Virus record (IMG/VR): IMGVR_UViG_3300017917_002954
Span: 8,041 to 72,040 of that record
Origin: a virus
Direction: 5' to 3' (one strand)
Length of the DNA stretch: 64,000 nucleotides
Below, piece after piece: positions 20,009-30,519 of this stretch. The first letter of the stretch is position 1; every line of letters starts with the position of its first letter. The translations under genes and the position numbers were made by a program. The notes beneath the pieces were generated by a model. The model was given only the letters and a program-made list of their open reading frames with translations. It was not told the DNA's origin and did not search any database.

Positions 20009-21010
20009 ATGACATATTCAGTAGGCGGATTAATACAAGCAACAGACTACAACGGTTTCGCAAGCACAACCTCAGGGGCCAACGTAAACAGTATATGGGG
20101 AGCTGGAACCGGCGATGCAGGATATGGTCAATCAACTACCCTGGCAACTGTAAGTACTGGCGGAACAGTGACAGCAACACAGTGGGCTAGTTTGGTTAAT
20201 AGAATTAGCAGTATGGCCAGCCATCAAGGAACCACAATAACATCAAGAACAGCTCCAGTGGCTGGTAATTTGATTCAGGTGTTGGCAGCAGTGAACACTG
20301 ACTTGACAGCAATTACCAATGCTCGCGGAAATGCTGCGGCCAATGGCACACAATACGGCACATTTACAGGATCAGTTTCTAAAACAACAGCAACTGGTAG
20401 TGGTAGTACTTCATGGACTATTACATTTACACATACAATTACTTTTGCCAGCGCCGATGCAGCACGTTATTTCTTTAACGCAGGCGGTCGTATCAAGTGG
20501 GAAACATCAAAAACTTCAACTGGCAACGTAGCTGACGGTGAGTGGAACGATTTGGCCAATACTTTGGTTGGTGATATTTTTATTACCGGCGGTACAGGCA
20601 CACAAACAATTGCAGGCACTGCATACACAGGTACAACCAAAGTTGGTGGTACAGGCACACCAACAACATTGTTGACCACAACTGGTTGGTATGATTTGAC
20701 TACTACTGATACCAATATCTATCGTCAGTTCGCTGACACAGCACCTTACACAGGTCAGTACATCAATCTTGCTGCTAGAACAGCAGGTACTGGCACACAG
20801 TTGGTGTTGACTACTACCTGGGTTGATCCAGGTGGTTCTCCAGTGGGATCATCGGACGTGATCAACGGTGGTACCGCAGTCACAAGTCCAGCAACCTCAA
20901 TTGGTGCTGCCACAGCTCCAACTACTTTGGTCACATATTTCCCACCAAGCACAACATATCTAACAGAAGCTACCTGGGGAACTCCAACAATTGCAGCCAC
21001 AGTAGCTTAA
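20009..21010 (+). CDS. Thr/Gly-rich virion structural (fibre-like) protein
   Basis: About 76 of 333 residues are Thr (hand count). ARYFFNAGG motif. Last gene before the terminator. Confidence 0.65.
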   Translation: MTYSVGGLIQATDYNGFASTTSGANVNSIWGAGTGDAGYGQSTTLATVSTGGTVTATQWASLVNRISSMASHQGTTITSRTAPVAGNLIQVLAAVNTDLTAITNARGNAAANGTQYGTFTGSVSKTTATGSGSTSWTITFTHTITFASADAARYFFNAGGRIKWETSKTSTGNVADGEWNDLANTLVGDIFITGGTGTQTIAGTAYTGTTKVGGTGTPTTLLTTTGWYDLTTTDTNIYRQFADTAPYTGQYINLAARTAGTGTQLVLTTTWVDPGGSPVGSSDVINGGTAVTSPATSIGAATAPTTLVTYFPPSTTYLTEATWGTPTIAATVA

Positions 21011-21029
21011 TATCTCAAACGTTTTACCA

Positions 21030-21056
21030 AAAGGGTCTTCGGACCCTTTACTTTTA
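21030..21056 (+). terminator. Rho-independent terminator with cUUCGg tetraloop
   Basis: AAAGGGTC-TTCG-GACCCTTT followed by a T-rich tract. Confidence 0.85.
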
Positions 21057-21075
21057 TCATTTTCTGTAGTACAAT
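21047..21075 (+). promoter_or_regulatory. sigma70-like promoter
   Basis: TTTACT-N17-TACAAT, with ATG 21082 six nt after the -10. Confidence 0.55.
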
Positions 21076-21081
21076 AATTCA

Positions 21082-21390
21082 ATGAATACTGAACAAATGA
21101 TCTCCCATGCCCGTGCTCGTTTTGATCACGCACAAGCTCGCCGAGTGCTCAAAGAAAAGTATCAAGCCAAAATGACATTTGCACACGCCGGCGGAATGTG
21201 GCGTGCCGGGCCAGAGCTTAACAACATGATATTCACCTGTGGACGCATGGGAGAAATTGTGTTGCCTGATTTGTATGAAAACCCCGTCAAGGTTGATTCC
21301 AAAGAATTATTGGCACTGAGTCAAGAGCGATGGAACGAACAAATGAACGCCTGGCATATTGAATACGAAGAACTAAACAAAAAACGATGA
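21082..21390 (+). CDS. Hypothetical protein (first gene of the enzyme island)
   Basis: 102-aa ORF with ATGA overlap to the next gene. Confidence 0.75.
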   Translation: MNTEQMISHARARFDHAQARRVLKEKYQAKMTFAHAGGMWRAGPELNNMIFTCGRMGEIVLPDLYENPVKVDSKELLALSQERWNEQMNAWHIEYEELNKKR

Positions 21391-22184
21391 CCACTGGTGC
21401 TGTAATCTTTGCCTACAACAATGAAAAAATAGACTATGTGGCCATGGCTGCATGGTCCGCCAGCAACATTCGCAGGCACCTGGGCATACCAGTTTGTTTG
21501 ATCACAAATCAATTGGAATCTCATGATTCATTTGATCAAGTTATATGCACAGAAACCGGGCACAGTACAAACACTCGTCACTTTTCTGATGTAGGATCAG
21601 TGACCTGGCACAATCTCAACAGAATGAGTGTGTATGATCTCACACCTTGGAATCAAACCCTAGTACTGGATGCAGACTATGTTGTGGCCAGTGATCAACT
21701 AAAAGTATTGTTAGACAGCCCAGAAAATTTTATGTGCCATAGAACAGCTTACGATATCACTGGTTTGCAAACATTTGACGATCTCAATGTGTTTGGTCGC
21801 CATTGTTTTCCTATGTGGTGGGCCACTGTGATGATGTTTAGAAAAAGCACACAAGCACAGTTGATATTTGAGGCCATGTCTATGATACGTGACAACTGGA
21901 CACATTACAGAAACTTGTATGCCAATTCTCGCAGTACCTATCGCAACGATCATGCACTGAGCATAGCACTCAATATTGAAAACGGACACACACTTGAAAC
22001 CACAGACATACCCTGGGCGCTGGCCAGCTTGACTCCAGAACATCAATTGACTCAATTGGATCAAGATCGATACAGAGTAGATTTTGTCACAGCAGATCAA
22101 CGCCCACGCTGGATTGAATTGACCACAGATTTTCATGCCATGGGCAAACAACAACTGGGAGACATAGTTGCCAATAACTCATGA
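21387..22184 (+). CDS. GT-A fold glycosyltransferase-like protein (GT8-like)
   Basis: TLVLDAD (DxD) motif, WATVMMFRK, RNDHALSIA and a C-terminal His. Confidence 0.65.
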   Translation: MTTGAVIFAYNNEKIDYVAMAAWSASNIRRHLGIPVCLITNQLESHDSFDQVICTETGHSTNTRHFSDVGSVTWHNLNRMSVYDLTPWNQTLVLDADYVVASDQLKVLLDSPENFMCHRTAYDITGLQTFDDLNVFGRHCFPMWWATVMMFRKSTQAQLIFEAMSMIRDNWTHYRNLYANSRSTYRNDHALSIALNIENGHTLETTDIPWALASLTPEHQLTQLDQDRYRVDFVTADQRPRWIELTTDFHAMGKQQLGDIVANNS

Positions 22185-22902
22185 GCGTGGATATCTAATC
22201 CCGGCAATCAACACCGACGCTGTGGATTATGTTTCGTGTGCTGAACGTTTGAAGCACAGTATCTTGTCTTGGCACCCTGATGCCAATATAACCATTGTGA
22301 CCAAGGACATGTTGCCACACGGTGATCAAGGTGGCTATGCCAACGATTGGCAGATGTTTTATATCAGCCCTTACAGAGAAACTATTAAACTAGAAGCAGA
22401 CATGATTGTTGCCAGTCCTGTGGACCATTGGTGGACCATGTTTGAACACCGCGATGTTGTGATCAGTCAGGGTTGTAGAGATTTTTACAACCGTGTCAGC
22501 AATGACCGATCATATAGAAAAATTTTTGATGACAACAATTTTCCTGATGTGTACAATGCCATAACCTATTGGAGATTGAGTAAAACTGCTCAGGAATTTT
22601 TTCAATTGGTTAGACAAATATTTGAACATTGGACAGACTATCGAACCTTGTTGAAATTCCCTGACGAAGTTGCCAGCACTGACGTAGTGTATGCCATGGC
22701 AGCTGTTGAGTTAGGAGTTGAAAACTGCACATTGCCACCTGGCATTGGACCACAGATTGTTCACATGAAACGCAAAATAATTGGAACACAAACTGAGGAT
22801 TGGACCAAAGAACTAGTATGGGAATTGCTAGATCCAGGACTGCGTATTCAAACAGTAGCACAACATGGTATGATTCATTATCACGTCAAGGATTGGTCAT
22901 GA
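22168..22902 (+). CDS. Glycosyltransferase-like paralog of the upstream gene (TTG start)
   Basis: SPYRETIKLEADM aligns with TPWNQTLVLDADY. STDVVYAMA and IHYHVK motifs. Confidence 0.6.
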   Translation: MPITHERGYLIPAINTDAVDYVSCAERLKHSILSWHPDANITIVTKDMLPHGDQGGYANDWQMFYISPYRETIKLEADMIVASPVDHWWTMFEHRDVVISQGCRDFYNRVSNDRSYRKIFDDNNFPDVYNAITYWRLSKTAQEFFQLVRQIFEHWTDYRTLLKFPDEVASTDVVYAMAAVELGVENCTLPPGIGPQIVHMKRKIIGTQTEDWTKELVWELLDPGLRIQTVAQHGMIHYHVKDWS

Positions 22903-23252
22903 ATGAAACCACACAAAATTTTTTAGAAATCTGGAACAGCCTTGAACCATGGGCTCCTCCAGTGGTGCTGTTTAGATTGTACTACGATGAGTCTGGTGCG
23001 CCAATAGAATACAGTCATGAAGACAAACCCGGTAATTACATTGATGTTGATCCAGAGACTTTTGTGAGGCAATCACAGCACGTCCGTGTGGTAAACGGAC
23101 AACTGATCAAAGTTTTACCAAAAATCGCAATTGATAAACTGGTTCCAGACTCAGACACAGGAACAACTTGCTCAGTCAAGGATGTTTGTATTGTAGTCAG
23201 CAACAATGAGCCACACATTAAATGGAGTTTGAAACGCAATGAAACAAATTGA
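22899..23252 (+). CDS. Hypothetical protein
   Basis: Likely start is ATG 22899 (ATGA overlap), giving 117 aa. Confidence 0.65.
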   Translation: MNETTQNFLEIWNSLEPWAPPVVLFRLYYDESGAPIEYSHEDKPGNYIDVDPETFVRQSQHVRVVNGQLIKVLPKIAIDKLVPDSDTGTTCSVKDVCIVVSNNEPHIKWSLKRNETN

Positions 23253-24165
23253 TATAGCAGACTTAGACTGCATCTATCTCAGCTACGACGAACCTCAGAA
23301 AGAAGAATTCTGGGTAAAAATACGCAACATGGTTCCTTGGGCCAAACGTGTGGATGGAGTCAAAGGTAGTGACGCCGCACACAAAGCAGCTGCGGCTGCC
23401 AGTGACACTGAACGTTTTGTTCTCATCGATGGTGATAATTTACCCGATGACAAATTTTTTAATCTGACATTGGAATTGGCTGACGAAACTTGGGAGTCCG
23501 CAGTGTTCCGTTGGCGTGCTAAAAATCACATCAATGGACTCATGTACGGCAATGGTGGACTCAGTTCGTGGACACGCACATTTGTTAACAACATGCGTAC
23601 ACACGAAGCCACGGATGGTCGTACAGAAACTCAAGTAGAATTTTGTTTTGATCCGTTGTATTGGGCGATGCACGACTGCTATTCAACTACCTATCCCAAT
23701 GGCGATGCTTTTCATGCCTGGCGTGCAGGATTTCGTGAAGGTGTCAAGATGTGCCTGAACAAAGGTGCTAGGCCCACTGTGACAGAATTTAGAGATCGTG
23801 TACATCAACGCAACTTGGATCATTTGACTGTGTGGCACAACATAGGCAGTGATGTAGAATATGGACAGTGGGCCATAGCCGGCTCAAGAATGGGCACATA
23901 CATGACCATGCTCACAGAATGGGATCATCAACAAGTACAAAATTTTGATGCTTTACAAGAGCTTTGGGCCACTGTGGCTGATCAAGATCCAGAACTTGTG
24001 GCCAATCGAGTTGCAGAGGATTTGACCACACAGTTGGATCTTCCTATGATGTCAATGTTTGCAGAACACAGCCGTTTTTTCAAACAGCACTATAGATCAA
24101 ACTGGCACAATCAAGGAATTATGATCAGAGAGATTGACGTTATACGTCAGCAAGAAGGTTGGTAA
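23239..24165 (+). CDS. GT-A fold glycosyltransferase-like protein
   Basis: YLSYDE, RVDGVKGSDAAHKAAA, FVLIDGD (DxD), YGNGG and AWRAGFREGVKM motifs. Confidence 0.6.
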   Translation: MKQIDIADLDCIYLSYDEPQKEEFWVKIRNMVPWAKRVDGVKGSDAAHKAAAAASDTERFVLIDGDNLPDDKFFNLTLELADETWESAVFRWRAKNHINGLMYGNGGLSSWTRTFVNNMRTHEATDGRTETQVEFCFDPLYWAMHDCYSTTYPNGDAFHAWRAGFREGVKMCLNKGARPTVTEFRDRVHQRNLDHLTVWHNIGSDVEYGQWAIAGSRMGTYMTMLTEWDHQQVQNFDALQELWATVADQDPELVANRVAEDLTTQLDLPMMSMFAEHSRFFKQHYRSNWHNQGIMIREIDVIRQQEGW

Positions 24166-24838
24166 TTTGTTTAGCTAGAGCTAGATGAGTTTGAACACCG
24201 TAGTGAAAACCGTCGCGAGCAAAATCAATTTGTTTGATTGGTTGAATTAAGTTAGACGAATTATATTCAACTGGCTGAGGGTGCCAGTTTGGAATAAAAC
24301 TGTGTATCACGGGCACAGACAAGTTTTCAATCGTTTCAAAATTGGTTTTCCAGTTAGCTAAATTTTGTTCGTCTGTGTATATAGGCTCACATTCAGTTCT
24401 TTCATCGTCGTGCCAGTTAGGAAATGGACGCTCTCGACGATGACTGAATGTATAATGTACTATCACAGCTTTGGGATTAAAAAATTCCAATAACTCTTGG
24501 ACTCTTCTGGCAATCCAGTCGTTGCTGGCACCATTGAGACTGAAGTTCAGCACAGGATAGTTTAACAACGTGGATAACTGTGCAGGCCAAGTTTGGTCAG
24601 CATTGACTCCGAGCCCTAGAGTAAAGCTGTCGCCCACTGCCAGTATTTCGTTGCCAGTGTATTGTTCTTTTTCTCGATAGCCCATGGAATTAAATTTGTA
24701 GTGAATTTGTTCAGGGTAAGAATGATAGTGTGCTGAATTCAAACAATGAGCGGGACTGTCTAAACCAATGGTATCGCATACCATATTGGCATAATAGGGA
24801 ATAGTGACAGTTTGTGCTAGGGTCCGGAGCTGGTCCAT
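24140..24838 (-). CDS. SGNH/GDSL-like esterase or acyltransferase
   Basis: AVGDSFTLG, NFSLNGASND and DGFHY (DxxH) motifs. Confidence 0.7.
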   Translation of the reverse strand: MDQLRTLAQTVTIPYYANMVCDTIGLDSPAHCLNSAHYHSYPEQIHYKFNSMGYREKEQYTGNEILAVGDSFTLGLGVNADQTWPAQLSTLLNYPVLNFSLNGASNDWIARRVQELLEFFNPKAVIVHYTFSHRRERPFPNWHDDERTECEPIYTDEQNLANWKTNFETIENLSVPVIHSFIPNWHPQPVEYNSSNLIQPIKQIDFARDGFHYGVQTHLALAKQITNLLADV

Positions 24839-24849
24839 AAATATTTGAT

Positions 24850-25947
24850 ATGAATGTTCTCATACTTACCCCTGATCGGGTTGGCTCCACATTATTGCAA
24901 AGATTAATAACGGTTTACGCCAATATCAATGAAAATGGTCAACCGTTGTCTATTAACCTGCATGAGTTGACCAATGGATTGACCAAATACCACAGCACAG
25001 AGTTTGATCGAGAGGTACTGGGTAAAAAATCTGATGGTTGGGGCTATCATCAAAGTCTGGTCGAAATTGCGTCAATGATTGACAGTGTTGATCATGACAT
25101 CGTTAGTCGTTTGGCACACTATCATATCAAAAATAGAAAAGATAACATTGCTGAACAGTTGGAGTTTTATCGATATCTAAATGAAAATTTTTATATCATT
25201 GCTGCTCGTCGTAAAAATTTGTTTGAACATGCAATGAGTTGGTGTATAGCAACAGAATCTAAAAAACTCAACGTGTATAATTTTGATGAGAAATACGAAA
25301 CTTATCAACGCATAGCCAAACATGGAGTAAATGTTCAGTCCGAATCCATTGAAAAATATCTCAATCAATATCATGAATATCTGGATTGGGTTGACAGACA
25401 CTTTCATGTCAACAGTTATTTTGAATATGAAAGAGATCTGCCCAACATTGAAAACTATATTTTGAATCTTGGAACATTCAAAGACTTTGAACACACGCAA
25501 AATTGGCTTGACCATTTTGGTATTTCATGGGACTCCTGGAACAGAATGCATTATCTGTTGAGTTTGGTACCATGGCAGTACTATTTCAGTGATGAAGAAA
25601 AAGACTTTATAAAAACCAATATCGATCTGTATTCAGCTACTCGTGTAAAAATACAGGACCTTCAGGACAGCGGAGTGTTGGTCAGCGGGATACCCATCAA
25701 GTTGCACACACTCAAGCAAAAGGCAGAATTGATCACAAATATTTCTCAATGTTTGGAACACTATAACCATTGGATAGGAGTCAATAGACCTTCCTACGCA
25801 TTGGCCTACAAACCAGAAACATTGAGCCAAACTGCACTGTTGGAGCACAGCCAGTGGTCTACAGCACCCGGAAATATTGTATCACAATTGACATCGGCAG
25901 ACGTTTCGGAACAGAAACTTTTGATGTCGGACCTCCGTCTTTCTTGA
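24850..25947 (+). CDS. P-loop sulfotransferase-like protein
   Basis: N-terminal ILTPDRVGSTLL (5'-PSB-like), RRKNLFEHAMS (3'-PB-like) and FEYE. Confidence 0.5.
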   Translation: MNVLILTPDRVGSTLLQRLITVYANINENGQPLSINLHELTNGLTKYHSTEFDREVLGKKSDGWGYHQSLVEIASMIDSVDHDIVSRLAHYHIKNRKDNIAEQLEFYRYLNENFYIIAARRKNLFEHAMSWCIATESKKLNVYNFDEKYETYQRIAKHGVNVQSESIEKYLNQYHEYLDWVDRHFHVNSYFEYERDLPNIENYILNLGTFKDFEHTQNWLDHFGISWDSWNRMHYLLSLVPWQYYFSDEEKDFIKTNIDLYSATRVKIQDLQDSGVLVSGIPIKLHTLKQKAELITNISQCLEHYNHWIGVNRPSYALAYKPETLSQTALLEHSQWSTAPGNIVSQLTSADVSEQKLLMSDLRLS

Positions 25948-25972
25948 CCTTTACAAATAAAAAAGTTATAAT
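25944..25972 (+). promoter_or_regulatory. sigma70 promoter
   Basis: TTGACC-N17-TATAAT, 5 nt before ATG 25978. Confidence 0.75.
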
Positions 25973-25977
25973 AAAAG

Positions 25978-26664
25978 ATGATTATTGCATTCTATCCTGG
26001 CGGCTGTGGCAACAGATACTTACAGTATCTATTGGGCAACGAGTGGTCCACACATCGCAGAAGCTATGACAACGCTGCCTTTCAGTTGTTTGAGCATCGT
26101 TATCTATTGAGTTCAGTTCCTCCTGCTGTGCAAGAGCACACGCTGACACACAGCGTGAATTCTGAACAAATCAGTCGTGCGTTTCCGGATCAGCCCATTG
26201 TGTTTATCAAAACTGATCTTCAACAGAGCCTGCGCCGAGAATGGATGTTGCACGGGCATGAGAGATTCATGACCAAGAAAGCCAAAACAGACCCATCTCG
26301 TCTTGAACACTATAATGCAATCAAAGACAGCTCTTGGCCCAACATTGACAGTGCTGAACTGCTGGACAGTTTACCAGAGCACATTTTGAAAGAAGTCAAT
26401 GACAACTATGTACAAACAACAGCCACAACTGGTATAATCTCAAACATGATAGTCGAATACTCAAACAAAATTGAGTCAGCCTATGAAAATATTCAATGGC
26501 ACCTTGATTATTATAAAACCTATCCTGAAGACTTTTCTAAAGCTACAACAGTGATTGATGTTGCATCGTCAGACACTAAATTTGCTCAAACAATTAGAAA
26601 CGAACTTGGGTTGTATTCCAGTGAAGTATTTGATAACGTATGGAACAAAATTCATGAGCAATAA
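25978..26664 (+). CDS. Hypothetical protein, possibly P-loop/sulfotransferase-like
   Basis: N-terminal FYPGGCGN and internal YNAIKDSSWP. Function not assignable. Confidence 0.6.
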   Translation: MIIAFYPGGCGNRYLQYLLGNEWSTHRRSYDNAAFQLFEHRYLLSSVPPAVQEHTLTHSVNSEQISRAFPDQPIVFIKTDLQQSLRREWMLHGHERFMTKKAKTDPSRLEHYNAIKDSSWPNIDSAELLDSLPEHILKEVNDNYVQTTATTGIISNMIVEYSNKIESAYENIQWHLDYYKTYPEDFSKATTVIDVASSDTKFAQTIRNELGLYSSEVFDNVWNKIHEQ

Positions 26665-28063
26665 CAAAGGCGACGAATCAGTCAATAACAAGAGCAAATT
26701 TCTTAGCAGTGCTGAACAAATGAAACAGGCACTAGGAGAAGGTTTGTGCTTGGCCAAATGGAAACAGGTCAGCTTGCATTTGCCCACAGGATTAAACAAC
26801 AGTTGCTATCATCCGCCCTTGCATGAGATACCTGCAGAACTATTGATCTCTAATCCCAGTGCGCTACACAATACTCCACACAAAAAAGAGCAACGTAAGA
26901 TTATGTTGCGCCAAGAACGACCCACGGAGTGCAGTTATTGTTGGGCCATGGAAGACAATGGCAAGCTGAGTGATCGACACTATAGATCAGGAGAACCCTG
27001 GGCTGCCAAAGATTTTGATGTCATAGTAAATTCAAACGGAGATGAAGATGTTATTCCCAGTTATGTTGAAGTTAATTTTAATAATGCCTGCAATCTTTCT
27101 TGTAGTTATTGTAGCCCACAATTTAGCAGTACCTGGGCACAAGAGGTGGAACGTTGGGGCGGGTATCCTACAACAACTATTCATAATGATCCTGGCCATT
27201 TTGTGGGTCGTAATCGTCCTATCCCTGCAAGAGAGGACAACCCCTATGTTGACGCATTCTGGCAGTGGTGGCCCACCCTGTACCCAGAACTAGAACATTT
27301 CCGTATGACCGGTGGCGAGCCACTACTAGACAAAAATACCTATCGAGTGTTTGACTATGTGTTGGCCAATCCCAAACCCAATCTACATCTCAATGTGACT
27401 TCAAACTTTAGTGTAGATGAAAAGTCATGGAACAAATATCTGGGTTATGTCAAGCAATTATGTGAAGGTGAACGGATTGAACACTTTATGCAATACGTTA
27501 GTTTGGATGCCTGGGGTGATCAAGCAGAATACATCAGACACGGACTAGACTTTAATTTGTTATGGGATCGTGTGAATCAATTCTTGACCGAGATACCTGG
27601 ACGTAATAGTATTACATTTATTGTGACCATGAACAATCTTTCAGTCACTAGCTTGGGTAGTTTAATGGCTGGCATACTGGGACTAAGACACATATACTCC
27701 AAGACCTATCAGCGTATCTGGTTTGATACTCCTGTGTTGCGTACTCCTACCTGGCAGAGTTTACAGTTATTGCCTGAAAGCTATGTGGATCATCTGGAAC
27801 AAACCTGGACCTGGATGATGAAAAATTTAGAAAAACCCGAAGATCCATTTCACGGATTCAAAGACTATGAATTGGCTAGATTGGATCGAGACATTGCCTG
27901 GATGCGTGATGGTCAACGATTGGATGCTGACTATGTGGCTCGAAACAAAGCAGACTTCTATAGATTCTTCACTGAACACGATCGTCGCCGCGGCACCAAC
28001 TTCCTAAAGACTTTCCCAGAAATGAGTGCTTGGTGGTCAGAATGTGAGTACCATGCTAGGTAA
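26654..28063 (+). CDS. Radical SAM protein with N-terminal twitch-like Fe-S domain (His subtype)
   Basis: CLAKW...SCYHP...CSYC, then CNLSCSYC and TGGEP. Likely start is ATG 26654. Confidence 0.9.
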   Translation: MSNNKGDESVNNKSKFLSSAEQMKQALGEGLCLAKWKQVSLHLPTGLNNSCYHPPLHEIPAELLISNPSALHNTPHKKEQRKIMLRQERPTECSYCWAMEDNGKLSDRHYRSGEPWAAKDFDVIVNSNGDEDVIPSYVEVNFNNACNLSCSYCSPQFSSTWAQEVERWGGYPTTTIHNDPGHFVGRNRPIPAREDNPYVDAFWQWWPTLYPELEHFRMTGGEPLLDKNTYRVFDYVLANPKPNLHLNVTSNFSVDEKSWNKYLGYVKQLCEGERIEHFMQYVSLDAWGDQAEYIRHGLDFNLLWDRVNQFLTEIPGRNSITFIVTMNNLSVTSLGSLMAGILGLRHIYSKTYQRIWFDTPVLRTPTWQSLQLLPESYVDHLEQTWTWMMKNLEKPEDPFHGFKDYELARLDRDIAWMRDGQRLDADYVARNKADFYRFFTEHDRRRGTNFLKTFPEMSAWWSECEYHAR

Positions 28064-29189
28064 TCGCCAGCTGGTTGTAGACTCGGCCTGCGGCATTGCT
28101 CAATTACTACAACCCTGGACTGACAGCCAGTTCTCTACATTTCAATCAGTGGAGTCAGTGCCGGGCAACATTTACTTGTTTGGTCGCCAACAGCTGATTG
28201 ACAACAAGCAACGCATAATAGAAATGGCCGAGTCTGGTCACTACACTGTGATATTTTGTGATGTGTGTGAAGGATCTTGGACTCTGCAGAGTCAGGTACA
28301 GATGCTGGGTATTGAACCGTTGATTCAGCAACACAAGATATTGTTGATATCCGGTGGAGAACAACAAACAGATTATCCTTACATACAGTATGATCATTTT
28401 TTGATTGAGATATTAAACTATGAAACAAATCTCACTGAAATGAGTCGCATCAATGAGATCTTTGATTGCAAACAAAAACCTTATAAATTTTTATTTCTAA
28501 ATGGGCGTGCCAGACCTCACAGAAAATATTTGTACGAACGTTTCAAGCAGTTAAATTTGTTGGATCAAAGTCTGTGGACCATGTTGGAAAGTCGTCCTTG
28601 CTTTACACAAAGTTTTGAACTCATGGATAACAATATCAACTTAATGGCCACTGTTAGCGAACTAAAATGGCTACCAAAAAACTATGAAGTTGACCGCTAT
28701 CAAAATTCAACCATTGAGCCAGGGCCAGCAAAACGCACCATGGTCAAACAAGAACTATTCAATCATACCTGGGGTGAAATTTATCTAAGGGCCGAGCCAT
28801 ACATTGATACCTATTTTTCTTTGGTCACCGAAACAGTGTTTGAGCAACCGTGGCCCTTTAGAACAGAAAAGATAGCCAAACCTTTGATGATGGGTCATCC
28901 TTTTGTAGTGGCCAGTGGCCCGGGCTTTTATCGAGACTTACATAGATTGGGTTTTCAAACATTTGGACACGTGATCGACGAATCATTTGATTCAATTGAC
29001 AATCATCGAGACAGAATAGAACGGATTATAGCAGTGGTCTCTGATCTTTGTCAACAGGATCTTGACTCTTTCCTAGCAGAATGCTATACTGTGTGTAAAT
29101 ACAATCAGCAACATCTTCAAGACATCGCTCCCCGATTAAAAGCTGAATTTCCAGAAAGATTTATTAACTTTATGTCTCAACATGAATGA
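28053..29189 (+). CDS. Glycosyltransferase-like protein (ET...TEK family, GT10-like)
   Basis: FLFLNGRARPHR, SLVTET, RTEKIAKP, GFQTF and DESFD motifs. Likely start is ATG 28053. Confidence 0.55.
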   Translation: MLGNRQLVVDSACGIAQLLQPWTDSQFSTFQSVESVPGNIYLFGRQQLIDNKQRIIEMAESGHYTVIFCDVCEGSWTLQSQVQMLGIEPLIQQHKILLISGGEQQTDYPYIQYDHFLIEILNYETNLTEMSRINEIFDCKQKPYKFLFLNGRARPHRKYLYERFKQLNLLDQSLWTMLESRPCFTQSFELMDNNINLMATVSELKWLPKNYEVDRYQNSTIEPGPAKRTMVKQELFNHTWGEIYLRAEPYIDTYFSLVTETVFEQPWPFRTEKIAKPLMMGHPFVVASGPGFYRDLHRLGFQTFGHVIDESFDSIDNHRDRIERIIAVVSDLCQQDLDSFLAECYTVCKYNQQHLQDIAPRLKAEFPERFINFMSQHE

Positions 29190-30519
29190 TTTAGAATTTC
29201 GACAACAAATACTAGATACAAAAAGCGCCAGCTTTTGTGCAGCCAAATGGTACAATGCTACCATATGGTTAGGTTCTGGCATGACCACCAGTTGCCATCA
29301 TCCGCCAGCACACCTAGTGGATCGTGAAGCTGTGCAACAAAATCCTCGACTGCTACACAACACACCTCAAAAAAAGAACGATCGAGAGTTGATGTTGCGT
29401 GGCGAACGTCCAGCGGGTTGTGAATACTGCTGGAAGATTGAAGACATGGGTCGTGACGCTATAAGTGATCGTGTTTACAAATCAAAAATTTATCCCATAA
29501 AGGCCTTAGATGAAGCATATAACACACCTAGTGACCAAGACGTTAACCTACGTACACTCGAGATTGCTTTCGATCGCACTTGCCAGTTCGCTTGTTCTTA
29601 TTGTAATCCAGCCTTTAGCTCAACCTGGGTCAAGGACATCCGTAATAATGGCCCTTACACTGCTCTTGTCAGTGACGGTCGCAATCATTTTACACATACA
29701 CACGACAGTAGTCAATTATATAAATTTGGTGAAACGAATCCCTATGTCGACGCTTTCTTTGCCTGGTGGGAATCAGACCTACACAAGACGCTGGAAGAAC
29801 TCCGTATTACAGGTGGAGAACCACTTATGTCGGGCGAAACGTGGAAACTGCTCGATTGGTTTAAAGCCAACCGGGGTAAGAGTACCACACGCCTTGCGAT
29901 CAATTCCAACCTGGGTGCAGAAGTAGACGTAGATAGATTGTTAGACTCAATTGACGGCTTGGAAGTAGACATCTACACATCAAATGAATCAGTGGGTCCG
30001 CAGGCCGAGTACATTCGAGACGGACTAGATTGGCGAGCTTGGATCACCAACGTGAATAAAATAGCCACATCAGGACGTGTTCGTAGAATACACATAATGA
30101 ACACCATCAATGCCTTGTGCTTGGATAGCTTGCCAGAGTTTTTGGATCTAGTTATTTGGTTCAAAAACATACACGGCACAGACAAGATCAGTTTTACGTT
30201 AAATATATTAAGATTTCCAAGTTTTCAAAGTCCACTGGTACTCAGTGAAGATCTACGCACATACTATCGAGATCGTTTGACAGAATTTTATGTGCGTACC
30301 AAAGACACTGGCGCTCTACAAGAACACGAATGCAATCACATACAACGCTTGATTGACTATTTGGATGTTGTAAAAACTCCACACAGCGAAGCATTTGACA
30401 TGCCCAAGTTGTTGAATGATTTCCGACAGTTCTACACGCAATATGATCAACGTCGAGGAAAAGACTTTGCAAAAACATTTCCACATCTAGCAGAATGGTA
30501 CAATGACATATCAATATAA
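29182..30519 (+). CDS. Radical SAM protein with N-terminal twitch-like domain (His subtype)
   Basis: CAAKW...SCHHP...CEYC, then CQFACSYC and TGGEP. Paralog of 26654-28063. Confidence 0.9.
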   Translation: MNDLEFRQQILDTKSASFCAAKWYNATIWLGSGMTTSCHHPPAHLVDREAVQQNPRLLHNTPQKKNDRELMLRGERPAGCEYCWKIEDMGRDAISDRVYKSKIYPIKALDEAYNTPSDQDVNLRTLEIAFDRTCQFACSYCNPAFSSTWVKDIRNNGPYTALVSDGRNHFTHTHDSSQLYKFGETNPYVDAFFAWWESDLHKTLEELRITGGEPLMSGETWKLLDWFKANRGKSTTRLAINSNLGAEVDVDRLLDSIDGLEVDIYTSNESVGPQAEYIRDGLDWRAWITNVNKIATSGRVRRIHIMNTINALCLDSLPEFLDLVIWFKNIHGTDKISFTLNILRFPSFQSPLVLSEDLRTYYRDRLTEFYVRTKDTGALQEHECNHIQRLIDYLDVVKTPHSEAFDMPKLLNDFRQFYTQYDQRRGKDFAKTFPHLAEWYNDISI

